Shown here one piece after another: positions 42,679 through 52,232 of a stretch of DNA of 64,000 bases. This DNA comes from Planctomycetaceae bacterium. GTDB taxonomy: Bacteria > Planctomycetota > Phycisphaerae > Phycisphaerales > SM1A02. Below the pieces are notes generated by a model. The model was given only the letters and a program-made list of their open reading frames with translations. It was not told the DNA's origin and ran no database searches. The position numbers and the translations under genes were made by a program. The stretch covers positions 2,300-66,299 of the forward strand of contig NYSY01000137.1 in the NCBI GenBank assembly GCA_002683215.1, written 5' to 3'. Each line of letters starts with the position of its first letter. The first letter of the stretch is position 1.

Positions 42679-45146
42679 CGAATCCAGTCGAGCCGCTGCC
42701 CGCGGTCGATGCCGCACCGGGCATCGCCTCGGTGGTCGACACGGGTGGCCGTGCGGTGGTCGTGGCGCCGCCTGGCACTGGGAAGAGCACGGCACTTCCC
42801 TCCGCCCTGCTCGACCGGCTTCCGGGAAGAATCTTCGTCACCCAGCCTCGCCGGCTCGCCGCGCGGATGCTCGCCCGTCGGGTCGCCTCGATCCGGAACG
42901 TGGAGCTGGGCGGGGAGGTCGGGTTCGCGACGCGAACCGAGCGGCGTGAAGGGGGGCGGACCCGGCTCTGCTATCTCACCGAAGGTCTGCTGCTTCGTCG
43001 GATGCTCGGGGCCCACGGGCCCGGGCCGGACGATCTCGTGGTGCTCGATGAGTTTCACGAGCGATCGATCGACGCCGACCTGCTCTTCGGAATCCTGCGT
43101 GAACGGCGGTCTCGCGTGCTCGTCTCGAGCGCAACGCTCGATGCGGCGAGCATCGGTGAGGCGCTCGATGCCGAGATCTTCTCGATCGAAAGTCGGATCC
43201 ACCCCGTCGAGGTCCACCATCGGCGGGCCCCGTCCGCGGAACCGGTCTGGGATCTCGCGGCCGAGGCGGTGCGGGAGACGCTGCGCGACACCTCCGACGA
43301 TGGCGATCTGCTGGTGTTCATGCCCGGCCGCTTCGAGATCGACCGCACCATCGCCGCCTGTCGTCGGATCGCCGAGGGGTGCGAGGTGCTGCCGCTTCAC
43401 GGCGGACTTCCGGCGGCGGCGCAGGATGCGGCGGTCTCCGGCCGCGGCCGGCGGAAGATCGTGGTCGCGACCAACATCGCGGAGACTTCGATCACGATTC
43501 CCCGGGTGACCACGGTGATCGACTCGGGAATCGCGCGGATCGCGCGGTTCGATCGGGAACGAGACCTCGATCGACTCGTCACCGAGCCGGTGTCGCGGGC
43601 GTCGGCGGTCCAGCGGGCGGGTCGGGCGGGCCGGGTGCGGCCCGGGCGATGCCGCCGGCTCTACACCGAATCCGAGTTTCTCCGGCGGGATCCGCACGAA
43701 GCACCGGCGATCCGGCGGGAGGATCTCGCGGGCCCCTTCCTCCGTCTTCGCGTCGCGGGTTTCCAGCCCGATGCGTTCCCGTGGCTGGATCCACCCGAAC
43801 CGCTCGCGGCGACGCACGCGGACGCGGTGCTCGACTCCATCGAGGCGGTGCGCGACGGCGTGACGACCGAGGACGGGCGTCGCATCGCCTCGCTGCCGGT
43901 CCCACCGCGGGTGGGGCGCTTCCTGCTCGATGCGGGGCGTCGAGGCGGCGGGCGGCTCGCCGCCGCCTGCGCCGCGATTCTGGGAGAACGGGACGTCGCG
44001 CCGCGCGCTTCCGCCGCGTCGCTCGCCGGTGTGCTTGCCGGCGGCGATCCTCGAAGCGATCTGGTGGCGCGGGCCCGCTTGATCCTCGCGGGCGAGCGTC
44101 GCGGGCCGGGGATCGACCCCGGCGCGATGTCGGATGCGATCAGCGCCGCCCGGCAGTTGGAGCGGTTGGTGGGACGCGACCACGGGGGCGCCGGCAACGC
44201 GACCGACGAGGTCGTGGCGATCGTGGAAGCCCTGATCGCCGCGTTTCCCGACCGGGTCGCGTATCGGCGTGACCGAACCCGGGACGAGTGCGTGCTCCCC
44301 GGCCGCCGGAACGTGGTGCTCGGACGGGGGAGCATCGTTCGTGGCGAAGGATTCCTGATCGCATCGTCCATCCGCGGCGCCCGGAACCGAGGTCGGGAGA
44401 CGACCATCCTCGAACTCGCGACCGCGATCGACGAGTCGCTCGTCGAGTCGGTGATGGGGGCGCGGTTCGGGGTCGAGGATCGATTCGCATTCGACGTCGA
44501 GCACGGAAGAGTCGAACGCATCGAGGCGCGGACCTTCGACGGTCTGCGGATCGACGAGCGACGATTCGGCATCGGCGACACCGGGCGGGCGGCGGCGGCA
44601 GCCTGCCTTCTCGAGGCGATCGAGGAGGGGCAGACCTCCATTCCGGGCTGGTCCGAGGACGTTGACGGCTTCATCGATCGAGTGGGTCGCGTCGCGGACT
44701 GGTTTCCCGACCGTGGCATCGTCGCCTTCGGGGTGGAGGACCTGCAGGTTCTTCGCGCGGAGATCGTGGGTCGGCGACATCGGATCGCGGATCTTCCGGG
44801 GCCGGCGCGGATTCTCGAGATCGTCCGATCGGCCCTGGACTGGTCGGATCTGCAGTTCGTCGATCGAATGGCGCCGACCCGGCTCCAGCTGCCACGCGGG
44901 CGAACGATGCGAATCGACTGGCGGCGAGGTGAACCTCCGCGAGGGTCGGCGCGGATCGGTGATCTGGTCGATCTCGAGCGGACGCCGACGGTCGCCGGAG
45001 GTCGGGTTCCGATCGTGCTCGAGATTCTCGCACCGAATTCACGGCCGGTTCAGGTGACCGATGATCTCGAAGGATTCTGGACAAACACGTATCCGGAAAT
45101 CCGGAAGGAGCTTCGCCGCCGATATCCGCGTCATCCGTGGCCTTGA
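42675..45146 (+). CDS. hrpB: ATP-dependent DEAH-box RNA helicase HrpB
   Basis: Start moved to MTNPVEPLPAVD within ORF 41910..45146 (823 aa). Motif I APPGTGKST, motif II DEFHER, SAT, TNIAETSITI and QRAGRAGR. HrpB-type C-terminal domain. Confidence 0.92.
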   Translation: MTNPVEPLPAVDAAPGIASVVDTGGRAVVVAPPGTGKSTALPSALLDRLPGRIFVTQPRRLAARMLARRVASIRNVELGGEVGFATRTERREGGRTRLCYLTEGLLLRRMLGAHGPGPDDLVVLDEFHERSIDADLLFGILRERRSRVLVSSATLDAASIGEALDAEIFSIESRIHPVEVHHRRAPSAEPVWDLAAEAVRETLRDTSDDGDLLVFMPGRFEIDRTIAACRRIAEGCEVLPLHGGLPAAAQDAAVSGRGRRKIVVATNIAETSITIPRVTTVIDSGIARIARFDRERDLDRLVTEPVSRASAVQRAGRAGRVRPGRCRRLYTESEFLRRDPHEAPAIRREDLAGPFLRLRVAGFQPDAFPWLDPPEPLAATHADAVLDSIEAVRDGVTTEDGRRIASLPVPPRVGRFLLDAGRRGGGRLAAACAAILGERDVAPRASAASLAGVLAGGDPRSDLVARARLILAGERRGPGIDPGAMSDAISAARQLERLVGRDHGGAGNATDEVVAIVEALIAAFPDRVAYRRDRTRDECVLPGRRNVVLGRGSIVRGEGFLIASSIRGARNRGRETTILELATAIDESLVESVMGARFGVEDRFAFDVEHGRVERIEARTFDGLRIDERRFGIGDTGRAAAAACLLEAIEEGQTSIPGWSEDVDGFIDRVGRVADWFPDRGIVAFGVEDLQVLRAEIVGRRHRIADLPGPARILEIVRSALDWSDLQFVDRMAPTRLQLPRGRTMRIDWRRGEPPRGSARIGDLVDLERTPTVAGGRVPIVLEILAPNSRPVQVTDDLEGFWTNTYPEIRKELRRRYPRHPWP

Positions 45147-45236
45147 GCCCTCGACTCGATTCAGGAGGCACGATCCGGGGACCGCATCCGTTACAATTCG
45201 ACACCCGATTTCCGGTCCTGTGCGAGAAGCGAATCG

Positions 45237-46082
45237 ATGCTCGACTTCCTCAAGTTCGGACGAAAAAACCCGAGTGAGCGCGGACCCTCGAGGTCCAGGA
45301 GCTTCATCCGGGGCACGCCGGACGGCAACGTCACGGTGGTGAATCTCGAACGGACGGGCTGGGCGATCGATCCCGACGGTTCGGGCCGCGGGCCGCTCGA
45401 GATCCGCCCGGCATCCGGCGGCGAGGTCTTCGACGAGAAGGATCACGAGGAAGCGCTTCGCGGCGGCTTTCTCCGGCTCGGCAAGGAGAGCACCGAGTGT
45501 CGACTGCTCCGTTCCGCGATCGATCGAAAGACCCCGGTGATCATGGTCTATCCCGGCGTGTCCCGGATGCGGGGGATCGCGAGCGAGCTGTTCGAGGAGT
45601 TCCTCAAGCGACGTCTGAAGGCGGAAAGCCGGGATCTCGACGCGATCAAGATCTACGCGGCGCCGGTCCGCGCGACGGCCCGCCGCTTCGTACGGAAGTT
45701 TCGCGGACTCGGCGCGGAACAGGTGGTCTGCAATCTGAGCGGTGAAGCGTTCAAGTACCTCCACCTCTACAAGGTGGACAAGGACGTCACGGTCGATGCG
45801 CTCGATCCGCAATGGCCGATCGCGTCGGAGTCCGACGAACAGCGGTACGCCACCCTCGCGGAACAGTCGATCCGGGGGATGGACGTCGAGTATTTCGATC
45901 GACTGCGGCAGGGGATCGCGGCCGGGACCCTGCTGCTCATCCTGCCCGAACTGCGGATGGAACGGATGGCCGTCCTGGGTGCCGCAGGGCGGCTGCTGCT
46001 CAACGCGCCGGGGGGCGAGATCGATCTGGGATCGGGGAATGCGATGCATCTCTACCGGCACCGTCCCGATCGTCGCAGCTGA
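45237..46082 (+). CDS. Hypothetical cytoplasmic protein, no recognisable family
   Basis: 281 aa. Balanced composition (K, F, Y, E present) and very high GC3 on the plus strand. The competing 360-aa minus-strand ORF is Arg/Pro-rich. Confidence 0.65.
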   Translation: MLDFLKFGRKNPSERGPSRSRSFIRGTPDGNVTVVNLERTGWAIDPDGSGRGPLEIRPASGGEVFDEKDHEEALRGGFLRLGKESTECRLLRSAIDRKTPVIMVYPGVSRMRGIASELFEEFLKRRLKAESRDLDAIKIYAAPVRATARRFVRKFRGLGAEQVVCNLSGEAFKYLHLYKVDKDVTVDALDPQWPIASESDEQRYATLAEQSIRGMDVEYFDRLRQGIAAGTLLLILPELRMERMAVLGAAGRLLLNAPGGEIDLGSGNAMHLYRHRPDRRS

Positions 46083-46125
46083 AGCCGCGCAAGTCGTTTC
46101 TTCGCAGTTGTTTACAAGCATCGAT

Positions 46126-46154
46126 TTGATCCTGAACGGCGGTATCGCTACACT
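46126..46154 (+). promoter_or_regulatory. Sigma-70-like promoter for folC, possibly giving a leaderless mRNA
   Basis: TTGATC (46126-46131), a 17-nt spacer, TACACT (46149-46154), then 6 nt (ttggag) and the ATG at 46161. Confidence 0.4.
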
Positions 46155-46160
46155 TTGGAG

Positions 46161-47903
46161 ATGGCAACGAAAAAGACTCGTCGCGGTGGCGGCGAACCCT
46201 CCGGGAAGCAGCCTTCGGGCCGCACCACCCCCTCTGACCGGAAGTCAGGGGATGACGGGGCCAAGATGGCCGATACCGCTTCAGGAACTCCGAAAACCAA
46301 GGCCTCGACCCCGAAGAAGACCGCCGCCCGGAAGACCACGCTGAAGGAGGTCGTCGCCGTGAGCGCGGCCTCGGCGAAGGCATCGGGCAAGAAGTCGCCC
46401 GGCAAGAAGTCCGCGTCCAACAAGAAGTCCGCGTCCAAGAAGTCCGTGACCAAGAACTCCGCGACGGCGAAGCCGGTCGGGTCCGCCACCGAAGCCAAGA
46501 CGGTCTCAGGGGCCAAGGCCGGTGGCGTCGACAAGATCGGCACCTACAACTCGGCGGTCCGGTGGATCCTCGAACTCACCGACGTGGAGCGACAGCGGGT
46601 CGTCAAGTACGACGAGAACGGCGATTTCAAACTCGACCGGATGCGGGCCCTGCTCGCCGCCCTCGGTGATCCACAAGATCAGTTCCGGGCGATCCACGTG
46701 GCGGGGAGCAACGGCAAGGGCTCGACGATCGCGATGATCAGCGCGATGCTCCGCAAGTGCGGGTACGGCGTCGGCGAATTCACGAGTCCGCATCTGGTGG
46801 ACATCCGTGAACGGATCTGCATCAACGGCCAGCGAATCACCAAGAACGACTTCACGGAGTCGATGAAGGCGCTCGCGAAGGCGGCGACGGAGATCGGGGA
46901 ACGGCCGACGTTCTTCGAGGCCATCACCGCGATCTCCTTCATGCACTTCGCGGCGCAGGCCGTCGATGTGGCGATCGTCGAAGTGGGGCTCGGAGGCCGG
47001 CTCGATTCCACGAACGTGATCATGCCGGTACTTTCGATCATCACGGAGATCCAACTGGATCACACCAAGATCCTCGGGGACACCCTCGAAAAGATCGCGA
47101 TCGAGAAGGCGGGGATCATCAAGCCCGGTGTTCCGGTGATCACGCGGGAGCAGCAGGAGGACGTCGATCGCGTGCTTCGCGAGAAGGCGGAGTCCGTCGG
47201 AACGACGATCCGGGTCGTCAACAAGGAAATCGAGTTCAGCAACCGGTTCTGTTCGACCGTGGAGCTCGGTCCCCACAACCGGGTCTGCCTCTACACCGAG
47301 ACCAGTCGACTGGAGCATCTCCCGGTGCCCCTGCCGGGCGAACACCAGGCGTTCAACTGCGGGCTGGCGCTCGCGACCGTGGATCACTTGAAGTCGATCG
47401 GCTTCGAGTGCCCCGAATCGGTGGTCACCGAAGGCCTCGAGGAGACCAAGATCTCCGGTCGCATGCAGCTGGTCTGGGAGCGACCGCGGATTCTCGTCGA
47501 TGGCGCCCACAACCCCGACGCCCTGACCGCGTTGATGCGATGCGTCGGTGCCCACGTGCCCTACGACTCGATGGTCTGCATCTTCGGCTGCGGCCAGGAC
47601 AAGGACGTCGATTCGCTTCTCGACCGGGTCAGCCTCGGGGCGGACAAGGTGATCTTCACCAAGGCCGTCCGAAACACGAGGGCGGTCGAGCCCGAGGAAC
47701 TGCGTCGACGGTTCATGGAACGAAGCGGGAAGATGTGCCAGACCGCGGGCTCCGTGAAGGAGGCCCTGGAGCTGGCGGCTCGTGCCGTCAGCCGCGAAGA
47801 CCTGATCTGCGTCACCGGCAGCTTCTATCTGGTCGGTGAGACGATCAAGCACCTCGAAGCGCTGCGAAAGTCCCGGGAGGACGCGACTTCCGCGGTGGGG
47901 TGA
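46161..47903 (+). CDS. folC: Folylpolyglutamate synthase / dihydrofolate synthase with about 125-aa Lys/Ser/Thr/Ala-rich N-terminal extension
   Basis: The ORF track starts at TTG 46155; the first ATG is at 46161 (MATKKTRRG). Mur-ligase P-loop HVAGSNGKGST. FolC-type body follows from YNSAVRWILEL. The extension keeps high GC3, so it is translated. Confidence 0.9.
   Translation: MATKKTRRGGGEPSGKQPSGRTTPSDRKSGDDGAKMADTASGTPKTKASTPKKTAARKTTLKEVVAVSAASAKASGKKSPGKKSASNKKSASKKSVTKNSATAKPVGSATEAKTVSGAKAGGVDKIGTYNSAVRWILELTDVERQRVVKYDENGDFKLDRMRALLAALGDPQDQFRAIHVAGSNGKGSTIAMISAMLRKCGYGVGEFTSPHLVDIRERICINGQRITKNDFTESMKALAKAATEIGERPTFFEAITAISFMHFAAQAVDVAIVEVGLGGRLDSTNVIMPVLSIITEIQLDHTKILGDTLEKIAIEKAGIIKPGVPVITREQQEDVDRVLREKAESVGTTIRVVNKEIEFSNRFCSTVELGPHNRVCLYTETSRLEHLPVPLPGEHQAFNCGLALATVDHLKSIGFECPESVVTEGLEETKISGRMQLVWERPRILVDGAHNPDALTALMRCVGAHVPYDSMVCIFGCGQDKDVDSLLDRVSLGADKVIFTKAVRNTRAVEPEELRRRFMERSGKMCQTAGSVKEALELAARAVSREDLICVTGSFYLVGETIKHLEALRKSREDATSAVG
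46389..46463 (+). repeat. In-frame degenerate tandem repeat encoding (K)KKS-A/P-S/G units
   Basis: aagaagtcgcccggc / aagaagtccgcgtccaac / aagaagtccgcgtccaag / aagtccgtgaccaag / aactccgcg, translating to KKSPGKKSASNKKSASKKSVTKNSA. Confidence 0.75.
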
Positions 47904-48027
47904 CGCCGCCACGAATTCGAACGAAGTCCCCGGCGCCCGCCCCGATGCTTCGAGGCGGGCGTCCGTATCATGGAGGTGTCGGCGCGGCGGGGACGTCCCG
48001 TGGCCCACGACGACCGGAGAAGCATCG

Positions 48028-50934
48028 ATGACCACGCCCCCCGAACTCGACGGCAACGCCACGGAAGAGAACGCGTCGGTGCGAAGCCGGTACGACGTCG
48101 GGATGGCGATCTCGATCGAGGAGCGATGGCAGGCGGCCTGGGACGAGGCCGACGTCTACCGCACGCCGAATCCCGGGGACGTGGATTTCGATCCGGACCG
48201 CCCCAAGTTCTACTGCCTGGACATGTTTCCGTACCCCTCGGGGGCGGGGCTCCATGTCGGGCATCCCGAGGGTTACACGGCCACGGACATCCTCTGCCGC
48301 TACAAGCGCATGCGGGGATTCAACGTCCTGCATCCGATGGGCTTCGACGCATTCGGGCTTCCCGCGGAGCAGTACGCGGTACAGACCGGGGTGCACCCCC
48401 GGGAGACCACGCAGGCCGCCATGGACAACTTCCGTCGGCAGCTCAAGCGGTTCGGGTTCAGCTACGACTGGTCCCGCGAATTCGCGACCATCGATCCCGA
48501 CTACTACCGGTGGACCCAGTGGATCTGGCTGCGTGCGTACGGATCCTGGTTCGATCCGCGGGTGAACGCCGCCCGGTCGATCGCGGAACTGGAGGCGGGA
48601 CTCGACTCGGGCGAGGTGATTCCCACCGACGACGATGATCGGCCGCTCGACTGGTCGACGATGGATACCGAGGTTCGCCGGCGGTACGTCGACGGTCGTC
48701 GGCTCGCCTACCTCGGCGAGCAGACCGTCAACTGGTGTCCGAAGCTCGGCACGGTGCTCGCGAACGAGGAGGTCATCGACGGCCGCAGTGAACGCGGCGG
48801 GCATCCCGTGGTCCGGAAGCCGCTCCGGCAGTGGATGTTCCGGATCACCGCCTACGCGCAGCGTCTGCTCGACGATCTCGATCTGATTCGCTGGCCCGAT
48901 TCCACCCGGATCATGCAGCGCGAGTGGATCGGGCGGAGCGACGGGGCGCTGGTCCGCTTCGAGGTGGAGGGCGGCGCGGAGACGCTCGACGTCTTCACCA
49001 CTCGTCCCGACACGCTCTTCGGCGCGACCTACATGGTCGTCGCCCCCGAGCATCCGCTGGTCGACGAGATCGTCGCGGCGGCGAATGCGGATCCGGCGAT
49101 CGAGGCCTACGTCACGTCGGCCCGCAATCGCGCCGACGTGGATCGAATGGCCGACTCGAAGGAGAAGACGGGCGTCTTCACCGGTCGGCACGCGATCAAT
49201 CCCGCGACCGGCGAACGTGTTCCGATCTGGACCGCGGACTACGTCCTGATGGGCTACGGGACCGGTGCGATCATGGCGGTGCCGGCCCACGACCAGCGGG
49301 ACTTCGAATTCGCCCGCGCCTTCGATCTCCCGATCCGGCAGGTGGTCGCCGCCTCCGTCGATGCGGTCGGCTCCTGCGACGACTGGGAGGAAGCGATGAC
49401 GGACGGCGGTGTCGCCGTCGCGAGCGTGAACGACTCGGTGTCCCTCGACGGACTCGCCACCGAGGCCGCGAAGGCGGCGATGATCGAGTGGCTCGCGTCC
49501 GAGGGCTGTGGACGTCGTCGGATCAACTTCAAGCTGCGGGACTGGCTCTTCAGCCGTCAGCGGTACTGGGGCGAGCCGTTCCCGGTGGTCTTCGACGACG
49601 ACGGCAACCACCACCCCGTGTCCGATGCCGCGCTGCCGGTCCGCCTTCCCGATCTCGAGGACTACGAACCGATCGAGTCGGACGAGCCGACGCCGCCGCT
49701 CGGCAAGGCCGTGGACTGGGTGCGGACGACCGCCGGCGAGGCGGGCGTGGATCCCGCGGTGCTTCCGCCGGACACGCCGGTCCGTCGTGAGATCAACACG
49801 ATGCCCGGCTGGGCGGGTTCCTGCTGGTACTACCTGCGGTACTGCGATCCGGGCAACGGGGAGCGATTCGCCTCCCGCGATGCGGAGCGATACTGGATGC
49901 TCTCGGAACGCGGCGACGACGCGGGGCCGACGGTCGCCGGCGAGGTCGACTTCGATGCGTCGAGGCATCACGTGGGTGGCGTGGACCTCTACGTCGGGGG
50001 TGCCGAGCATGCGGTGCTGCACCTTCTCTACGCCCGCTTCTGGCACAAGATCCTCTTCGATCTCGGCGAGGTCTCGACGCCCGAGCCCGTGGGGCGGCTC
50101 TTCCATCAGGGCATGATCACGAGCTTCGCGTTCAAGCGGTCGGACGGATCACTGGTGCCGGTCGACGAAGTTCGCGAGTCGGAGGTCGGACCGGCGATCG
50201 AGATCGCGACGGGTGAGACCGTCGAACGCATCGTGGCCAAGATGTCGAAGTCGCTTCGAAACGTGATCAATCCCGACGACGTGATCGCGGATTACGGCGC
50301 GGACACCTTCCGGCTCTACGAGATGGCGATGGGGCCCCTCGACGCCTCGAAGCCCTGGAACACCCGGGACATCGTCGGCGTCCACCGATTCCTGCAGCGG
50401 GCGTGGCGGCTCGCGGTCGACGAGTCGACCGGCGAGCTTCGATTGCGGGACGAGGCCGACGCGGACGTGGAACGCGCCCTGCACCGCACCATCGCGAAGG
50501 TGGGGGACGACATCGAACGGCTCGCGTTCAACACCGCGATCGCGGCGATGATCGAGTTCGTGAACACCGCGACCGGCGTGGGGGTGACCGCGGATCAGCT
50601 CGATCGGTTCAACCGCATCCTCGGTCCGTTCGTGCCGCACTTCGCGGAGGAGATCGACGCGAAGCTCCGGCCCGACGCCGGGCCGGGACGAAGCGTGGTG
50701 CTGGCGGACTGGCCGGCGTTCGATCCGGCGATGCTCCAGGACGATTCGATCGAGGTGCCGGTGCAGGTGCTCGGGAAGGTGCGGAGCCGGATCACGGTTC
50801 CGGCGGACGCTGACGCGGCCACCCTCGAAGCCGCGGCGCTCGCGGACGAGCGGATCCGCGGACTCATCGAAGGCAAGACGATCCGGAAGGTCGTGGTCGT
50901 GCCCGGAAAACTCGTGAACGTGGTGGCGAACTGA
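48028..50934 (+). CDS. leuS: Leucyl-tRNA synthetase
   Basis: Start at MTTPPELD (alternative MAISIEERWQ at 48103). HIGH motif PSGAGLHVGHPEGY, KMSKS motif VAKMSKSLRN, and a CP1 editing domain. Confidence 0.95.
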   Translation: MTTPPELDGNATEENASVRSRYDVGMAISIEERWQAAWDEADVYRTPNPGDVDFDPDRPKFYCLDMFPYPSGAGLHVGHPEGYTATDILCRYKRMRGFNVLHPMGFDAFGLPAEQYAVQTGVHPRETTQAAMDNFRRQLKRFGFSYDWSREFATIDPDYYRWTQWIWLRAYGSWFDPRVNAARSIAELEAGLDSGEVIPTDDDDRPLDWSTMDTEVRRRYVDGRRLAYLGEQTVNWCPKLGTVLANEEVIDGRSERGGHPVVRKPLRQWMFRITAYAQRLLDDLDLIRWPDSTRIMQREWIGRSDGALVRFEVEGGAETLDVFTTRPDTLFGATYMVVAPEHPLVDEIVAAANADPAIEAYVTSARNRADVDRMADSKEKTGVFTGRHAINPATGERVPIWTADYVLMGYGTGAIMAVPAHDQRDFEFARAFDLPIRQVVAASVDAVGSCDDWEEAMTDGGVAVASVNDSVSLDGLATEAAKAAMIEWLASEGCGRRRINFKLRDWLFSRQRYWGEPFPVVFDDDGNHHPVSDAALPVRLPDLEDYEPIESDEPTPPLGKAVDWVRTTAGEAGVDPAVLPPDTPVRREINTMPGWAGSCWYYLRYCDPGNGERFASRDAERYWMLSERGDDAGPTVAGEVDFDASRHHVGGVDLYVGGAEHAVLHLLYARFWHKILFDLGEVSTPEPVGRLFHQGMITSFAFKRSDGSLVPVDEVRESEVGPAIEIATGETVERIVAKMSKSLRNVINPDDVIADYGADTFRLYEMAMGPLDASKPWNTRDIVGVHRFLQRAWRLAVDESTGELRLRDEADADVERALHRTIAKVGDDIERLAFNTAIAAMIEFVNTATGVGVTADQLDRFNRILGPFVPHFAEEIDAKLRPDAGPGRSVVLADWPAFDPAMLQDDSIEVPVQVLGKVRSRITVPADADAATLEAAALADERIRGLIEGKTIRKVVVVPGKLVNVVAN

Positions 50935-52232
50935 TGGATTCAAGCGGAACGCATCCCGCGTGGCGTCCGGAGGAGCCGTGGCCGGTGACCTTCGCGGTGC
51001 CGCTTTCGGTCGACGCGCCGTTCGAGGCCGACGCGTTCCTGGCCGGGCTGGCCGGGGTGCTCGAGGCGTCGGTCGAGGTGCTGGAGTTCCTGCCGTCCGC
51101 GGACGAACGAAACCCGTGGTCGGTCGTGGTCCGGGTGCCGGGCCGCGCGGCCCCCGTGGTGATCTCGCTCGAGCGGGCCAAGCGGATGGACGAGGTGCCG
51201 TCCGCGCTCGCCGGCCGGGTCGCCGCATCCCGATTCACCCTGATCGTCGAATCGCTGCTTGATGCCGAGGATCCGCGAGTCGACTGGGGGAAGCTGGTCG
51301 GCATCGCGACGGCACACGAAGGTTCGATCGCGGCGCTCGATGCCTCGACCGGACAGTGGTTCGACGGGGCGGAGATCGACGGGGAGCTCCTCGACGCCGA
51401 ACTCGGCCCGCCGGATGACGTGCTCTGGCGGGTTCAGGCGGTGTCGACGTCCGAGGATCTCGAACAGGGGACGGTCTGGCTCTTCACCCGGGGCCTGCTC
51501 CGCTGCGGGCTGCCGGAACTGGAACTGCTCGAGGTTCCGGGGGCCCGCGCTTCCGCGGCATCCCGCATGCTCGACGCGGTCGCGGGGCTCCTGCTCGAAG
51601 ACGGTCCGCCGCCGCCGGAGGTTCCTTATTCGATCGGCCCCGGAATCGACGTCGCGTTGATTCCCTGGCGGGAGGCGATCGAGGCCCTCGATCCCGAGAG
51701 CCTCGGTGACGAGGCGGACCGGGCCGCGTTGTCGCAGGAGACACCGAATCCGCTCCTCGCCCGTCGAGCCGCGGTGTGCGACATCGAACCGAAGGGGAGT
51801 TTCAAGAGGATCTGGACGTGGCCCGTGCAGGCGGCCGCACACTTCTCGAGCGCGGATGCCTCCATCTATCGCAGCGACGCGGCGACCGTCAGATCGTCGG
51901 CGATCGCGCGGCGCAGCTGGAGCCGTGCGGTCGAGGCACGCACGTCGACGCCGGAGGGGCTCGTCCTGCTCGCGGGGATTCCGCTCGACCGCGACGTGGA
52001 GGGTCGGATCGAGCACGCGTGGATCCAGGTCGATTCGGTCGGGGACGACGGTGGGACGGGTCGGATCCTCCGGAACACGAGAGACGGCCGCGCCGCGGGG
52101 ACTTCGGTCGATTTCCAGGCCGCGGACATCGATGGTTGGCGACTGGTTCGGGGCGACGTCACGATCGGACCCGAAGACCGGGTCGACCCCATGGACTTCG
52201 CGGCCGGTCGCGAGACCGGGGGGGGAGCATGA
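50934..52232 (+). CDS. Two-domain protein with DUF2314-like C-terminus, unknown function
   Basis: 432 aa. The ATG overlaps the leuS TGA by 1 nt (TGATG). C-terminal EHAWIQVDSVGDDGGTGRILRNT...DFQAADIDGWRL resembles the DUF2314 (YegJ-like) pattern. Confidence 0.65.
   Translation: MDSSGTHPAWRPEEPWPVTFAVPLSVDAPFEADAFLAGLAGVLEASVEVLEFLPSADERNPWSVVVRVPGRAAPVVISLERAKRMDEVPSALAGRVAASRFTLIVESLLDAEDPRVDWGKLVGIATAHEGSIAALDASTGQWFDGAEIDGELLDAELGPPDDVLWRVQAVSTSEDLEQGTVWLFTRGLLRCGLPELELLEVPGARASAASRMLDAVAGLLLEDGPPPPEVPYSIGPGIDVALIPWREAIEALDPESLGDEADRAALSQETPNPLLARRAAVCDIEPKGSFKRIWTWPVQAAAHFSSADASIYRSDAATVRSSAIARRSWSRAVEARTSTPEGLVLLAGIPLDRDVEGRIEHAWIQVDSVGDDGGTGRILRNTRDGRAAGTSVDFQAADIDGWRLVRGDVTIGPEDRVDPMDFAAGRETGGGA

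Noticed and set aside
42351-44780. 809-aa minus ORF opposite hrpB, and the idea that the helicase marks a defence system
   Set aside because: The minus ORF is a shadow. The helicase has the full HrpB DEAH motif set and C-terminal domain, with no nuclease, methylase or other defence-type partner nearby.
45039-46121. 360-aa minus ORF competing with the 281-aa plus-strand orphan
   Set aside because: The minus translation is Arg/Pro/Glu-rich. The plus frame has much higher third-position GC and normal amino-acid diversity.
47968-50106. 712-aa minus ORF opposite leuS, and the 958-aa minus ORF (60086..62962) opposite ppdK
   Set aside because: Both are antisense to unmistakable housekeeping enzymes and show shadow-ORF composition.
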